64,000 nucleotides of DNA, from positions 1,700,749 through 1,764,748 of the forward strand of contig NW_003314263.1 in assembly GCF_000143415.4 (NCBI RefSeq). The letters are read 5' to 3'. The stretch's first letter is position 1. Every line of letters starts with the position of its first letter. The DNA is from Selaginella moellendorffii (taxonomy: Eukaryota > Plantae > Lycopodiophyta). Of the stretch, positions 39,521 to 52,599 are shown piece after piece. The position numbers and the translations under genes are program-made. Below the pieces are notes generated by a model. The model was given only the letters and a program-made list of their open reading frames with translations. It did no database searches and was not told where the DNA came from.

Positions 39521-42500
39521 CTAGTCCCTAACTCAAAGTTACTCATTACACGAGCAACTTTGGTAGAGAGTCGTTCGCGACATCTACTAGCCCTCCGGGG
39601 GAAGTTCGGAGGTAGCTTTGTTAAGATCCTTATTGACACGGGTGCTTCGGATAATTTTGTGGCTGCAGACATAGTCCGGTAAGCCGAACTAACGGTGCAG
39701 TGGCTAGGTGAACCAAGGACTATAGAGTTTGTTCAAGGTAGCCAAAGCACTAATGAGGTACTTCAACAAGCGAGAGTCAAAGTGGGGACTTGGAAGGTGG
39801 ACATGGATTTCACCGTGTTTGACATGGCGGGATTTGATGTGATCTTCGGAATGGATTGGTTCAATCGGTTCGTGGTAGCCTTGCATGGACAAGGTAGGAA
39901 CCTTGTGGTACTAGCGAATGCCCAAGGAAGAAGATCTAGGGTGGAGGCCCAAGATCTAAAGGTAGGGCAAAGCAAGGCCAAAGATTCCTGCTTAAACCTG
40001 GTGTCCACGAGAGGACAACTCACTAAAGGAACTAAGGTAGCCTTTTTGTGCTTACTCTCGGTGAAGAGTGACAAAAAGACATGAACGGAAGAAGTACCTT
40101 TAGTGATTCAGCGGGTGTTGGACCAATTCCAAGATACCATGCCAGAGGAGCTACCGGCGGGGCTGCCCCCAGCACGACCGATAGAACATAAGATTGAGTT
40201 GGTTGAGGGTGCTGAGGCAATGGTTCATCCCCCTTATCGTTTGAACGAAAAAGAACTCAAGGAGCTCAAGTGCCAACTAGAGGAGTTGGTGGACAAAGGG
40301 TATATTAGGTTGAGCAAGTCACCGTATGGGGCGCCGGTGTTATTTGTGAAAAAGAAAGATGGGTCTATGCGCATGTGCATAGACTACCGGTTGCTCAACA
40401 AGTATACAAAGAAGAACAAGTACCTTTTGCCAAGGATTGAGGACCTGTTCGATAGGTTGGGAAAGGCAAAATACTTCTCGAGGATTGACCTAAGGTCAGG
40501 ATACTACCAGATCAGGGTAGCCGAGGAAGATGTCGAGAAGACAACCTGTCGAACGAGGTATGGGAGCTTTGAGTTTCTGGTGATGCCCTTCGGGCTATGT
40601 AATGCGCCGGCAACGTTTTCGGTGCTGATGAACCACATCTTTGTACCCTATCTGGATCACTTCGTGGTCGTCTATATCGATGACATCCTGATCTATAGCG
40701 AGACGCTAGAGGAGCATGCCGAACACTTGGCGAAGGTGTTTGAGAAACTAAGGGAACACAAACTGTATGCTAAAGAGAGCAAATGTGACTTTGCTCAACA
40801 AGAGGTAAAGTTTCTCGGGCATGTGGTGGGCCAGGACGGGCTCAAGGTGGACCCGGAGAAGGTCCAAGCGATCCAGGAATGGGAGCGACCATCGAACGTA
40901 CACGAGTTGAGGGCATTCCTGGGGCTATGCAACTACTATCGAAAGTTTATCAGACACTATTCGAGAGTAACCCTACCCTTAACGGACCAAATAGGAAAAG
41001 GGAAGATGGTATGGACAGCGGAATGCGAGGCGGCATTCGTCCACCTCAAAGGGAAGTTGAGGAAGGCTCCCGTATTGGCATTACCAGACTTTGGTAAGGA
41101 CTTTGAGGTAGAAACGGATGCTTCAGACTTTGCGTTGGGCGCAGTTTTGAAGCAAGACAACCATCTGGTAGCGTTCTTCTCAAAGAAGTTGGACAAGGCT
41201 CAATAGAAGTGGCCTGCCCAGGAGAAGGAATTGTTTGCGGTGGTCAAGGCGCTCAAGGAGTGGTGACACTACCTTGGGAGACACTTCAAGGTTTACACGG
41301 ACAATGTGGCAACAAAACACTTTTTGTCACAGCCCGACCTGAGAGGGAAACAAGGTCGGTGGGCCAATGCCTTGGCCGAGTTTGTTTGTGAGATTCTGTA
41401 CAAGCTTGGGAAGAGCAACATCGTGGCAGATGCGCTAAGTCAAAAAGCGAGCTTGAGGTTGGCAATATCCAGCGCAACAGCAACCTTCTGGGACGATGTG
41501 CGGACAGCATATGAGAACGATAGTCTAGCACAAGAAGTGTTGCTGAGGAATCTAGAGGCACGGGAAGCTCACCAGAGAGGTGAGCTGCCAACGGAAGAGA
41601 AAACAGGCTATGCGGAACGCAACGGACTCATTTATTACAAGCAAACGAGGGTGTATGTTCCAGAAGGGGAACTAAGGAAGGTAGCCTTAGAAGAGTGTCA
41701 TGACGGACCTCTTGCAGGACATGGCAGAGTGCCCAAGACGATGGGCTTACTCAAGAGGAAGTACCATTGGCCAGATATGGCTAAAGACGTCCAAGACTAT
41801 GTAAATGTCCAACATGTCAGCAGGTCAAAGCCATGACTAAGGCTAGTGGGGGCTTGTTACAAAGCATCCCAATTCCAAATCATCCATGAAAATGTCTTAC
41901 GATGGACTTCATCACGGGATTCCCCCCAAATGAGGGCTTTGATGCGATATTCATGGTGGTGGACCGATTTTTGAAACTGGCACATTTCATACCCACCACA
42001 ACGGAAGTGGATGCGGAAGGTGTGGCAAAGCTGTTCTTCGAACAAGTGGTTTGAGTGCGGGGAAGGCCAGAAGAGATCATCTCAGATCGAGATAAGATCT
42101 TCACCAGTAGGTTCTAGAGAACTCTCCTGGAATAGTATCGCACCAAGTTGAAATTCAGCACAACCTATCACCCACAGATATGTATGGGGTATTAAGTCAA
42201 GTTTGATGGCATTAACACTTCTTGACAGACAGACAAATGGAAAGGGTGAATAAGCAATTAGAGGATTATTTGTGATGCTATGTCTTAGGAGACCAGACCG
42301 ATTGGGTAAGTCATTTGAGACTTGCGGAAATGTGTTATAACAACTCACCACATTCGAGTATCGGGGTGAGTCCATGGGAAGTCATCAATGGGCAAGCTAT
42401 TGAAGGTCTTGTGGAGCTCGGCGTGGCCGAGTACTATGGAGAGTTACCCACAGTGGAGGCATTCACAGCGGAAAGACTCAACATTTGGAATCTAGTGAGG

Positions 42501-43013
42501 GATTCCTTGGAACGGGCTCAACAAAGGCAAATCAAATATGTGAACTAGAAGCATTAGGATGTAGAGTTCCAAGCTGGGGAGAAGGTGTGGCTGAACACCA
42601 AGAACCTCAAGCTGCCAAGTGGGATCAGCTGGAAGTTGACCCAAAGGTAAAAATGCATGTATTCCTGGAATTGAATTGATCTTGAGTTCCTTAAGCAGGT
42701 TCGCGGGGCCTTACGAGATTGAGGCATGAATCGGTAAAGTGGCTTACCGACTCCGACTTCCTCGAGAGATGGGGAAGATGCACCCAGTGTTCCATGTGAA
42801 CTTACTCAAGTCGTACTTTGAGGATCCGCTTCGCAAGGACCAAGTAAGACTTTTACCTGAGGTTATCCAAGGGGAAGAGGAATACGAAGTCGAGGCCATC
42901 CTCAATGCGCGCAAGAGCAAGCGACAAGGACATGAGGTGAGAGAGTTCCATGTGAAGTGGAAAGGATTTCCACACTGCGAAGCAACATGGGAACTGGAGG
43001 AGAACCTAGCAAA
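39521..43013 (+). mobile_element. Chromovirus pol fragment (PR-RT-RH-INT-chromodomain), lacking gag and PBS
   Basis: [38 protein letters not shown], chromodomain EYEVEAIL..FHVKWKGF; several stops and frameshifts. Confidence 0.95.
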
Positions 43014-43842
43014 TGGAATCCGAAGTCGGGTCCGAGATCGAGTCCGAGATCGATTCTGAGACTAAGTCCACATACTAATACAGCTCAAGGGGTGAAAGCC
43101 CAAAGCGTGTGTCTCCCAGGGGGGGGGGGGCTGCAAGGGGTTCCAAAAGTATAGTAGGGATAGTGAGGTCCAGGAACCAGTCTTGAAGGAACTCTCCAGT
43201 GGTGCTTCCAAACTGACTTGAGGTTGAGACTGGGGCCGAGGGGCTTTGGGTGGGAGTGAGCATGGGCTTGAGTGGTGCCGGAGGGGCCACCCAAGGAAGA
43301 GCTCAAGAGTAACTCCCACTCCCGAATGGGAAACCGGCTGCGGTGCTTCCAGCTCATGTGGAGTGGTGCCCCACTTGAGTACCTTGTGGCTCATTGGTCC
43401 TCGCCCTTCTTAGGGGCTTGGGCCTTCCCTTCGGGATGGAAGTGGGGGGGTAGAGGTACCCATACCGGGCCGTTAGGCCACGGTGTTTCGCCCCGACGTC
43501 CCGAAGCAAGTGTTGCACCCAAGGCTTGGGATTTAGAGGGTCCCATGATCAAGTCTTTTGGTACCAAGGGGTGTTAGGAACCTGGAGGCTTGGTATGCTT
43601 GGCTGCTTGTTCCTGCGGGGAGTGTAGCCGAACCTTAAGTCCAGTCTAACCCGGGGAGGGGGATTGGGAGAGATTCGGGAATCTGTAGATGGATGGCTAA
43701 CACTCCGTTGCTCGTGTAGTGAGGTAGGAGCTGGTACCATAGGCGAGAACCTTGGCGAGGGAACTTAGCACAAGCCAAGGCAGAGTTGGTCGGATAGACG
43801 AGGTAAGCTGGCAAATTGGAAAGGAAAAATTTGTGGCTTATA
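43014..43842 (+). mobile_element. 5'-truncated, apparently recombinant LTR followed by a duplicate of the solo-LTR flank
   Basis: Matches 38360-39211; the following 43843-44151 repeats 39212-39520. Confidence 0.9.
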
Positions 43843-44332
43843 GGCACTTGGCACGGGGAAGGTTGTGTGGGCTAGTTCGCTAGCGTACCAGCCCACCCCC
43901 AAGCGCCATGGTTGGCCCACGCGGAGTGCCCGGCTCTGGCACTTGGTGTGGGCACCGGTTCGCCGGCTTACCGGCCTGCCCCCAAGCGCCATGGCCGGCT
44001 AGCCCGGCCCGAGCACTTGGCAGTGGTAGTGCTGGGCATGGTAGCGGTGGCACTAGGCACGACAGTGCTAGAGATTGGGTGCTAGGTGTGGCGTGGGTGC
44101 GGTGGTGCTGAGCGCCGCATGGGCATAGCAGCACTAGGCACAGGCGGTGATACTAAGTGTTGTGGTGCTTGGTGTTGAGGTGGAGTGATGAGGGAGTGGA
44201 GGAGAAAAAAAAACTTACTCTTGGTGTTATTTTGTTCAACGCCAATAGATCCCACAGTCACTCCCAATCTCCCACTCTATTTTCTATAAAAACCTAATGA
44301 CGGCGGCTGTGACGGGGCTAGGGCTAATTGGA

Positions 44333-47300
44333 TGTAAGCCATAAATTTTTTCTTTCCAATTTGCCAGCTTACCTCTTCTATCTGACCAACACTGCCTTAG
44401 CTTTTGCTAAGTTCCCTCGCCAAGGTTCCCACCTATTGTACCAGCTCCTACTTGGTCCTACTTGGTTTCAGCTATTCACTGCATGAGCAACGGAGCGTTA
44501 GCCATCCATCCACAGATTCCCAAATCTCTCCCAATCCCCCTTCTTGGGTTAAACTGCACTTAAGGTTCAGCTACACTCCCTGCAGGCACAAGCAGCCAAG
44601 CACACCAAGCCTCTAGGTTCCTAACATCCCTTGGTACAACAAGACTTGATCATGGGACCCTTTAAATCCCAAGCCTTGGGTGCAACACTTGCTTCGGGAC
44701 CTCGGGGCGAAACACCGTGGCCTAACGGCCTGGTATGGGTACCTCTACCCCCCCACTTCCATCCCGAAGGGAAGGCCCAAGCCCCTAAGAAGGGCGAGGA
44801 CCAATGAGCCACAGGTACTCAAGTGGGGCACCACTCCACATGAGCTGGAAGCACTGCAGCCGGTTTCCCATTCGGGAGTGGGAGTTACTCTTGAGCTCTT
44901 CCTTGGGTGGCCCCTCCGGCACCACTCAAGCCCATGCTCACTCCCACCCAAAGCCCCTCGGCCCCAGTCTCAACCTCAAGTCAGTTTGGAAGCACCACTG
45001 GAGAGTTCCTTCAAAAGACTGATTCCTAGACCTCATTATCCCTACTATACTTTTGGAACCCCCTGCACCCCCCCCGGGAGACACATGCTTTGGGCTTTCA
45101 CCCCTTGACTTGTATTAGTACACGGACTTGGACTCGATCTCAGACCTGAATTTGGACTTGATTTGAGACCCGAATTTGGACTCGATCTCGGACTCAATCT
45201 TAGACCCAACTTTAGACTCAGTCTTGGACTCGATCTCGGACCCGATCTCACACTTGACTTTGGACTCGACCTCGGACTCAGTCTCAGACCCGATCTCAGA
45301 TCTTGGACTCTGTCTCGAACTCGGTCTTGAACTCGGTCTTCGAGTCAGCCTCGGACTCGATCTCGGACTCTATCTCAAACTCGGTCTTAGAGTCGGTCTT
45401 GGACTCGATCTCAGACTCGGTCCTATCTGATGAACTCTTTATCATTTCGGTCTACGACTTGTTGACCATATCTCTGGGGGCATTCCCCCACTTAATGGTG
45501 TGCCTAAGTTAGCCTCCCCGGCCAAGAGCCCATGACAACGGAATATAGGTGTCCCTATACCCCTCACCTCACCACGCCCTAGTATGGGGTCAGGACTTGA
45601 ACCTAGCCTTGCTTTACTAGGGGGTTGGGACTCGAGCCCAACCTCCGTAGAATACGTCTATGGATTCGACATCCCTGCGGGAAGTCAGACGTAGTGCCCT
45701 ACGCCTGGTTGACCTAGCTAACCCATGCTAATTAGCTTACCTTTGGCGCGCCTTCGGGTCCCAACATATGCCATTGCTCAACTTCACAAATTGATACTTT
45801 AATTGAACTTTGCATAAATACATAGAGTTCTACTTTGCAGAAATTCTTCCACTAGATCTCGCGCATTCGCTAAGTTCTCCTCCGGTTCCCATGTTTCTTC
45901 ACAATGTGGAAATCCTTTCCACTTCACATGAAACTCTCTCACCTCGCGTCCTTGTTGCTTGCTCTTGCATGCATTAAGGATGGCCTCGACTTCGTATTCC
46001 TCCTCCTCTTGGATAACCTTAGGTAAAGGTCTTATTTGGTCCTTGTGAAGCAGATCCTCAAAGTACGGCTTAAATAAGTTCACATGGAACACTGGGTGCA
46101 TTTTCCCCATCTCTCGAGGAAGTCGAAGACAGTAAGCCACTTTACCGATTCGTGCCTCAATCTCATAAGGCCCCACGAACCTGCTTAAGGAACTCAAGAT
46201 CAATTCAATTCCAGGAATACATGCATTTTTACCTTTGGGTCAACTTCCAGCTGATCCCACTTGGCAGCCTGAGGTTCTTGGTGTTCAGCCACACCTTCTC
46301 CCCAGCTTGGAACTCTACATCCCAATGCTTCTAGTTCACATATTTGATTTGCCTTTGCTGAGCCCATTCCAAGGAATCCCTCACTAGATTCCAAATGTTG
46401 AGTCTTTCCGCTGTGAATGCCTCCACTGCGGGTAACTCTCCATAGTACTCGGCCACACCGAGCTCCACAAGACCTTCAATAGCTCGCCCATTGATGACTT
46501 CCCATGGACTCACCCCGATACTCGAATGTGGTGAGTTGTTATAACACATTTCCGCAAGTCTCAAATGACTTACCCAATCGGTCTGGTCTCCTAAGACATA
46601 GCATCACAAATAATCCTCTAGTTGCTTATTCACCCTTTCCGTTTGTCTGTCTGTCAAGAAGTGTTAGTGCCATCAAACTTGACTTAATACCCCATACCTA
46701 TCTGTGGGTGATAGGCTGTGCTGAATTTCAACTTGGTGCGATACTGTTCCAGGAGAGTTCTCCAGAACCTACTGGTGAAGATCTTATCTCGATCTGAGAT
46801 GATCTCTTCTGGCCTTCCCCGCACTCAAACCACTTGTTCGAAGAACAGCTTTGCCACACCTTCCGCATCCACTTCCATTGTGGTGGGTATGAAATGTGCC
46901 AGTTTCAAAAATCGGTCCACCACCATGAATATCGCATCAAAGCCCTCGTTTGGGGGGAATCCCGTGATGAAGTCCATCGTAAGACATTTCCATGGATGAT
47001 TTGGAATTGGGATGCTTTGTAATACCCCATACCTGTTTGTGGGTGATAGGCTGTGCTGAATTTCAACATGGTGCGATACTGTTCCAGGAGAGTCCTCCAG
47101 AACCTACTGGTGAAGATCTTATCTCAATCTGAGATGATCTCTTCTGGTCTTCCCCGCACTTGAACCACTTGTTCGAAGAATAGCTTCGCCACACCTTCCG
47201 CATCCACCTCCATTGTGGTGGGTATGAAATGTGCCATTTTTGAAAATCGGTCCACCACCACGAATATCGCATCAAACCCCTCGCTTGGGGGGAGTCCCGT

Positions 47301-50300
47301 GATGAAGTCCATCGTAAGACATTTCCACGGACGATCTGGAATTGGGATGCTTTGCAACAAGCCCCCACTAGCCTTAGTCACGGCTTTGACCTACTGACAT
47401 GTTGGACATGTCTTTACATAGTCTTGGACATCTTTAGCCATTTCTGGCCAATGGTACTTCCTCTTGAGTAAGCCCATCGTCTTGGGCACTCCACCATGTC
47501 CTGCAAGAGGTCCATCATGACACTCTTCTAAGGCTACCTTCCTTAGTTCCCCTTCTGGAACATACACCCTCGTTTGCTTGTAATAGATGAGTTCATTGTG
47601 TTCTGCATAGCCTGTTTTCTCTTTCGTTGGCAGCTCACCTCTCTGGTGAGCTTCCCATGCCTCTAGATTCCTCAGCAACACTTCTTGTGCTAGACTATCG
47701 TTCTCATATGTTGTCCGCACATCGTCCCAAAAGGTTGCTATCGCACTGGATATCACCAACTTCAAGCTCACTTTTCGACTTAGCGCATCTGCCACGATGT
47801 TGCTCTTCCCAGGCTTGTACAGAATCTCGCAATCAAACTCGGCCAAAGCATTGGCCCACTAACCCTGTTTCCCTCTTAGGTCGGGCTGTGACAAGAAGTG
47901 TTTCGTTGCCACATTGTTTGTATAAATCTTGAAGTGTCTCCCAAGGTAGTGTCACTACTCCTTGAGCGCCTTCACCACCGCAAACAATTCCTTCTCGTGG
48001 GCAGGCCACTTCCGTTGAGCGTTGTCCAACTTCTTCGAGAAGAATCTATTGGATGGTTGTCTTGCTTCAAAATTGTGCCCAACGCAAAGTCTGAAGCATC
48101 CATTTCTACCTCAAAGTCCTTGCCAAAGTCTGGTAACACCAACATAGGAGCCTTCCTCAACTTCTCTTTGAGCTGGACAAATGCCGCCTTGCATTCCGCT
48201 GTCCATACCATCTTCCCTTTTCCCATTTGGTCCGTTAAGGGCAAGGTTACTTTCGAATAGTGTTTGATAAATTTTCGGTAGTAGTTGCATAGCCCCGAGA
48301 ATGCCTTTAACTCGTGTACATTCAATAGTCGCTCCCAATCCTGGATCGCTTGGACCTTCTCAAGGTCCACCTTGACCCCATCCTTGCCCACCACATGCTC
48401 GAGAAACTTTACCTCTTGTTGAGCAAAGTCACATTTGCTCTCTTTAGCATACAGTTGGTGTTCCCTTAGTTTCTCAAACACCTTCGTCAAATGTTTGGTA
48501 TGCTCATCTAGCGTTTTGCTATAGATCAGGATGTTGTCAATATAGACGACCACAAAGTGATCCAAATAGGGTACAAAGATATAGTTCATTAACACCGAAA
48601 ATGTTGCCGACACATTGCATAGCCCGAAGGGCATCTCCAGAAACTCAAAGCTCCCATACCTTGTTCGATAGGTTGTCTTCTCGACATCTTCCTATGCTAC
48701 CTTGATTTGGTAGTATCCTGATCTTAGGTCAATCCTTGAGAAATATTTTGCCTTTCCCAACCTATCGAACAGGTCCTCAATCCTTGGCAAAGGGTACTTG
48801 TTCTTCTTTGTATATTTATTGAGCAACTGGTAGTCTATGCACATGCGCATAGATCCATCTTTCTTTTTCACAAATAACATCAACGCCTTATACGGTGACT
48901 TGCTCAACCTAATATACCCTTTGTGCACCAACTCCTTTAGTTGGCGCTTGAGCTCCTCGAGTTCTTTTTCGTTCAAATGATAGAGGGGACGAACCACCGC
49001 CTCAGCACCCTCGACCAACTCAATTTTATGTTCTATCGGTCGTGCTGGGGGCAACCCCGCCAATAACTCCTCCGGCATGGTATCCTGGAATTGGTCCAAC
49101 ACCCATTGGATCACTAAAGGTATTTCTTCCATTCCCGTCTTTTTGTCACTCTTCATTGAGAGTAAGCACAAAAATGCTACCTTGGTTCCTTTAGTGAGTT
49201 GTCCTCTCGTGGACACCAGGTTTAAGCAGGAATCTTTGGCCTTGCATTGCCTTACCTTTAGATCCTAGGCCTCCACCTTGGATCTTCTTCCGTGCGCATT
49301 TGCTAGTACCACAAGGTTCCTACCTTGTCTATGCAGGGCTACCACGAACCGATTGAACCAATCCATCCCGAAGATCACATCAAATCCTGCCATGTCTAAC
49401 ACGGTGAAATCCATGTCTACTTTCCATGTCCCTACTTCAACTCTCGCTTGTCGAAGTACCTCATCTGTGCTTTGGCTACCTTAAACAAACTCTATAGTCC
49501 TTGGTTCACCTAGATGCTGCACCGTTAGTCTGGCTTGCCAGACTATGTTTGCAGCCACAAAATTATCCGAAGCACCCGTGTCAATAAAGATCTTAACAAA
49601 GCTACCTCTAAGCTTCCCTCGGAGGGTTAATAGATGTCACGAATGACTCTCTACCAAAGTTGCTTGTGTAATGAGTAACTTTGAGCTAGGGACTGGATCA
49701 CATACCTCAATTTGGATTTCATCCGACTTAATGGCTATATTGGCTCTAGCCTTCTTCGGGTAGGGACATTTCCTCGAAAAGTGTCCCGCTTCACCGCAGT
49801 TGTAGCATACGTTGTTTCCCATGTTGCTAACCAACTTGACCTTCTTATCTGTGGGTTTGTCTCTTTTTGCTTGACTCCCCCACGTACTTGCTCACTGGCC
49901 ACCAAATTTGCTTTTCCAGAACCCCGAGGACTCATTCTTAGAGAAACTCTTCTTGAATTTCCCTCTGCTATACGTTCCCCTTGGTTTAGCCTTTACTAAA
50001 AGTGGATCTCAACCCCGTCGTATTTCCCTTTTGCAGGTTATCATTGAAATGCATTTTGATGGCCGCATCTAATGCTTCCTTGTAGTTGGTCGAGTTCCAA
50101 TGCATCACCTCACCACAAGCCCAGGTTTGCAAATCTAATATAAAGGCATGGAACGCATCTATATCCCCCATGTCTGTGACAAGTATCCTCTTTGCCATAA
50201 ACCCATTCATATACTCTTGAATGGTTCTGGTCTGCTTCAGCCTACTCAGCTCGTCTCTTAGATGCAAAGTAGCATTCAGAGGAACGTAAGTCACACGGAT

Positions 50301-52081
50301 CCTTGCCTTCATCATTTCCCAAGTGGCCACCAGTCCTTCATTGGTCTCTGTCGTTCTCCACCAAGACTTGACATTATCTACCAAGTATGGTTTTGCACAT
50401 GGGACCTTCTCCGAGCTTGGTAACCACAACGTTTGGAAGTAGTCCTCCATATCGTAAAACTAATCCTCCACCACCTTATAGTAGTTCACTCCCTTAAAGA
50501 CCAGTGGGGGCTTTGGTTTGTACTTGGGAATTGCTTGAGGGACTGATACCACTTCGGTCTGTTTGACCTTGTTTGGTTTTGCCTTAGTCCTTGTCGAAGG
50601 GTCCACACCTTTTGCACTGCCAGCATCTGCAGTTTTTTGCCTTTTCTTCCACTTTTTGTCACGCTTTAACTTGCATACGAGAGTCTCCAACAGGGCATTG
50701 GTCTGTGCCAATTGTCCTTCTAGCACGTCCAATCGAGCCTTGGACGACCGAACCTCACCACTAGACTTCTGTTTAGAAGTTTCCTCATTGTAGTCCTCCT
50801 CATACAAAGATTCTTCATCCATAGCCTCTTGTTTGACCGAAGGCTCTAGCTCTAAAGGAGGTTCTGTCTCCACCTTGGTTCGTTTCTGCCTAGCCTTTGC
50901 CATCTCCCAGAAATCCGCCTCTATCCTTTGCTAGAACTGAGGAAAAGGCTCCGATACCAAATTGTAAGCCACAAATTTTTCCTTTCCAATTTGCCAGCTT
51001 ACCTTGTCTATCCGACCAACATTACCTTAGCTTTTGCTAAGTTCCCTTGCCAAGGTTTCTGCCTATTGTACTAGCTCCTACTTGGTCCTACTTGGTTTCA
51101 GCTACTCACTGCACAAGCAATGGAGCATTAGCCATCCATCCATGGATTCCCAAATCTCTCCCAATCCCCCTTCCCAGGTTAAACTAGACTTAAGATTCGG
51201 CTACACTTTCCGCAGGCACAAGTAGCCAAGCACACTAAGCCTCTAGGTTCCTAACATCCCTTGGTACAACAAGACTTGATTATGGGACCCTTTAAATCCC
51301 AAGCCTTGGGTGCAACACTTGCTTCGGGACCTCAGAATGAAACATCGTGGCCTAATGGCCCGGTATAGGTACCTCTGCCCCCCCCCCACTTCCATCCCGA
51401 AGGGAAGGCCCAAGCCCCTAGGAAGGGCGAGGACCAATGAGCCACAAGGTACTCAAGTGGGGCACCACTCCACATAAGCTGGGAGCACTGCAGTCGGTTT
51501 CCCTTTAGGGAGTGGGAGCTGCTCTTGAGCACTTCCTTGGGTGGCCCCTCTGGCACCACCCGAGTCCATGCTCACTCCCACCCAAAGCCCCTCGGCCCCA
51601 ATCTTAACCTCAAGTCAGTTTGGAAGCACCACTAGAGAGTTCCTTCAAGACTGATTCCTGGACCTCACTATCCCTACTATACTTTTGGAACCCCCTGTAG
51701 CCCCCCCTCTCCCCGGGAGACGCACGCTTTGGGCTTTCACCCCTTGACCTGTATTAGTACTCGGACTCAGACTTGATCTCGGACTCGACTTCGGACTCGG
51801 TCTCGGACTCGATCTCAGACCCGATCTCAATCTCGGACTCGACTTCGGACTCGACCTTGGACTCGGTCTCGGACCCGATCTCGGATCTTGGACTCTGTCT
51901 CGAACTCGGTCTCGAACTCGGTCTCCGAGTCGGCCTCGGACTCAATCCCGGACTCTATCTCGAACTCGGTCTCAGAGTCGGTCTTGGACTCGATCTCAGA
52001 CTCGGTCCCATCCGATGAACTCTTTATCATTTTGGTCATGCTTTTGGGGATCCTTTAGCCTACGACACCTAGTTCCTTACA
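44333..52081 (-). mobile_element. Full-length, decayed Ty3/gypsy chromovirus, 7749 bp, TSD TTGGA
   Basis: TG...CA termini; TTGGA at 44328-44332 and 52082-52086. 5' LTR 52081-50963, 3' LTR ~45458-44333. gag from 50903 with CYNCGEAGHFSRKC knuckle, then PR, RT, RH, INT and a chromodomain ending at 45799. Candidate PPT AAGTGGGGGAA at ~45493-45483. Confidence 0.97.
50947..50959 (-). other. Primer binding site (initiator tRNA-Met type)
   Basis: TGGTATCGGAGCC just after the 5' LTR; the plant consensus is TGGTATCAGAGC. Confidence 0.9.
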
Positions 52082-52599
52082 TTGGAATGGTGTCTGGGCA
52101 GTCTTTGGGAATGGTCAACCCCTAGAAGGTCAGTTGTTCCATTGGGCTCAGAGCCTAAACCAACATTGCCACCTTATCAAGCCAGATTTCCAATTAACAT
52201 TTAAGGAGTTGTGCAAACAATGGCAGATTGCACTTTCTGAAGAAGAGCATGAGGCAAAAGCAAATGAGATCTGAATGTGGTGGCATGAAGATGGCCTTAT
52301 TGACGTATGTTGTTTACCACAACTTGAGTCGTGGTTGGGGTGGTGGGAAGTTAGGATGTTCTAATGGGGACATCACTCTTTTTAGATTGTTTTTTTTTTT
52401 TTCTCTCTTTTTATTACTTTTTAATATCAACTTTTTATTGGGATCAACCACTTTAGGATCTTGCATACACCCTAACTATGAATCTCTCAGAGTGTAAGCA
52501 TTGGAGCTAGCGTTCATCTAAGGCAGGGAAAGGGAAGATGAGTTTATATGAAGCATGTCTATCAGATTTAATACATGTTGTAGAGTAGTCTTCAAAAGC

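Noticed and set aside
45420-45455. CTGATGA in the LTR suggesting a hammerhead ribozyme (retrozyme)
   Set aside because: No stem II followed by GAAA on the same strand, and the core is not conserved in the other LTRs (CCGATGA, CCAATGA).
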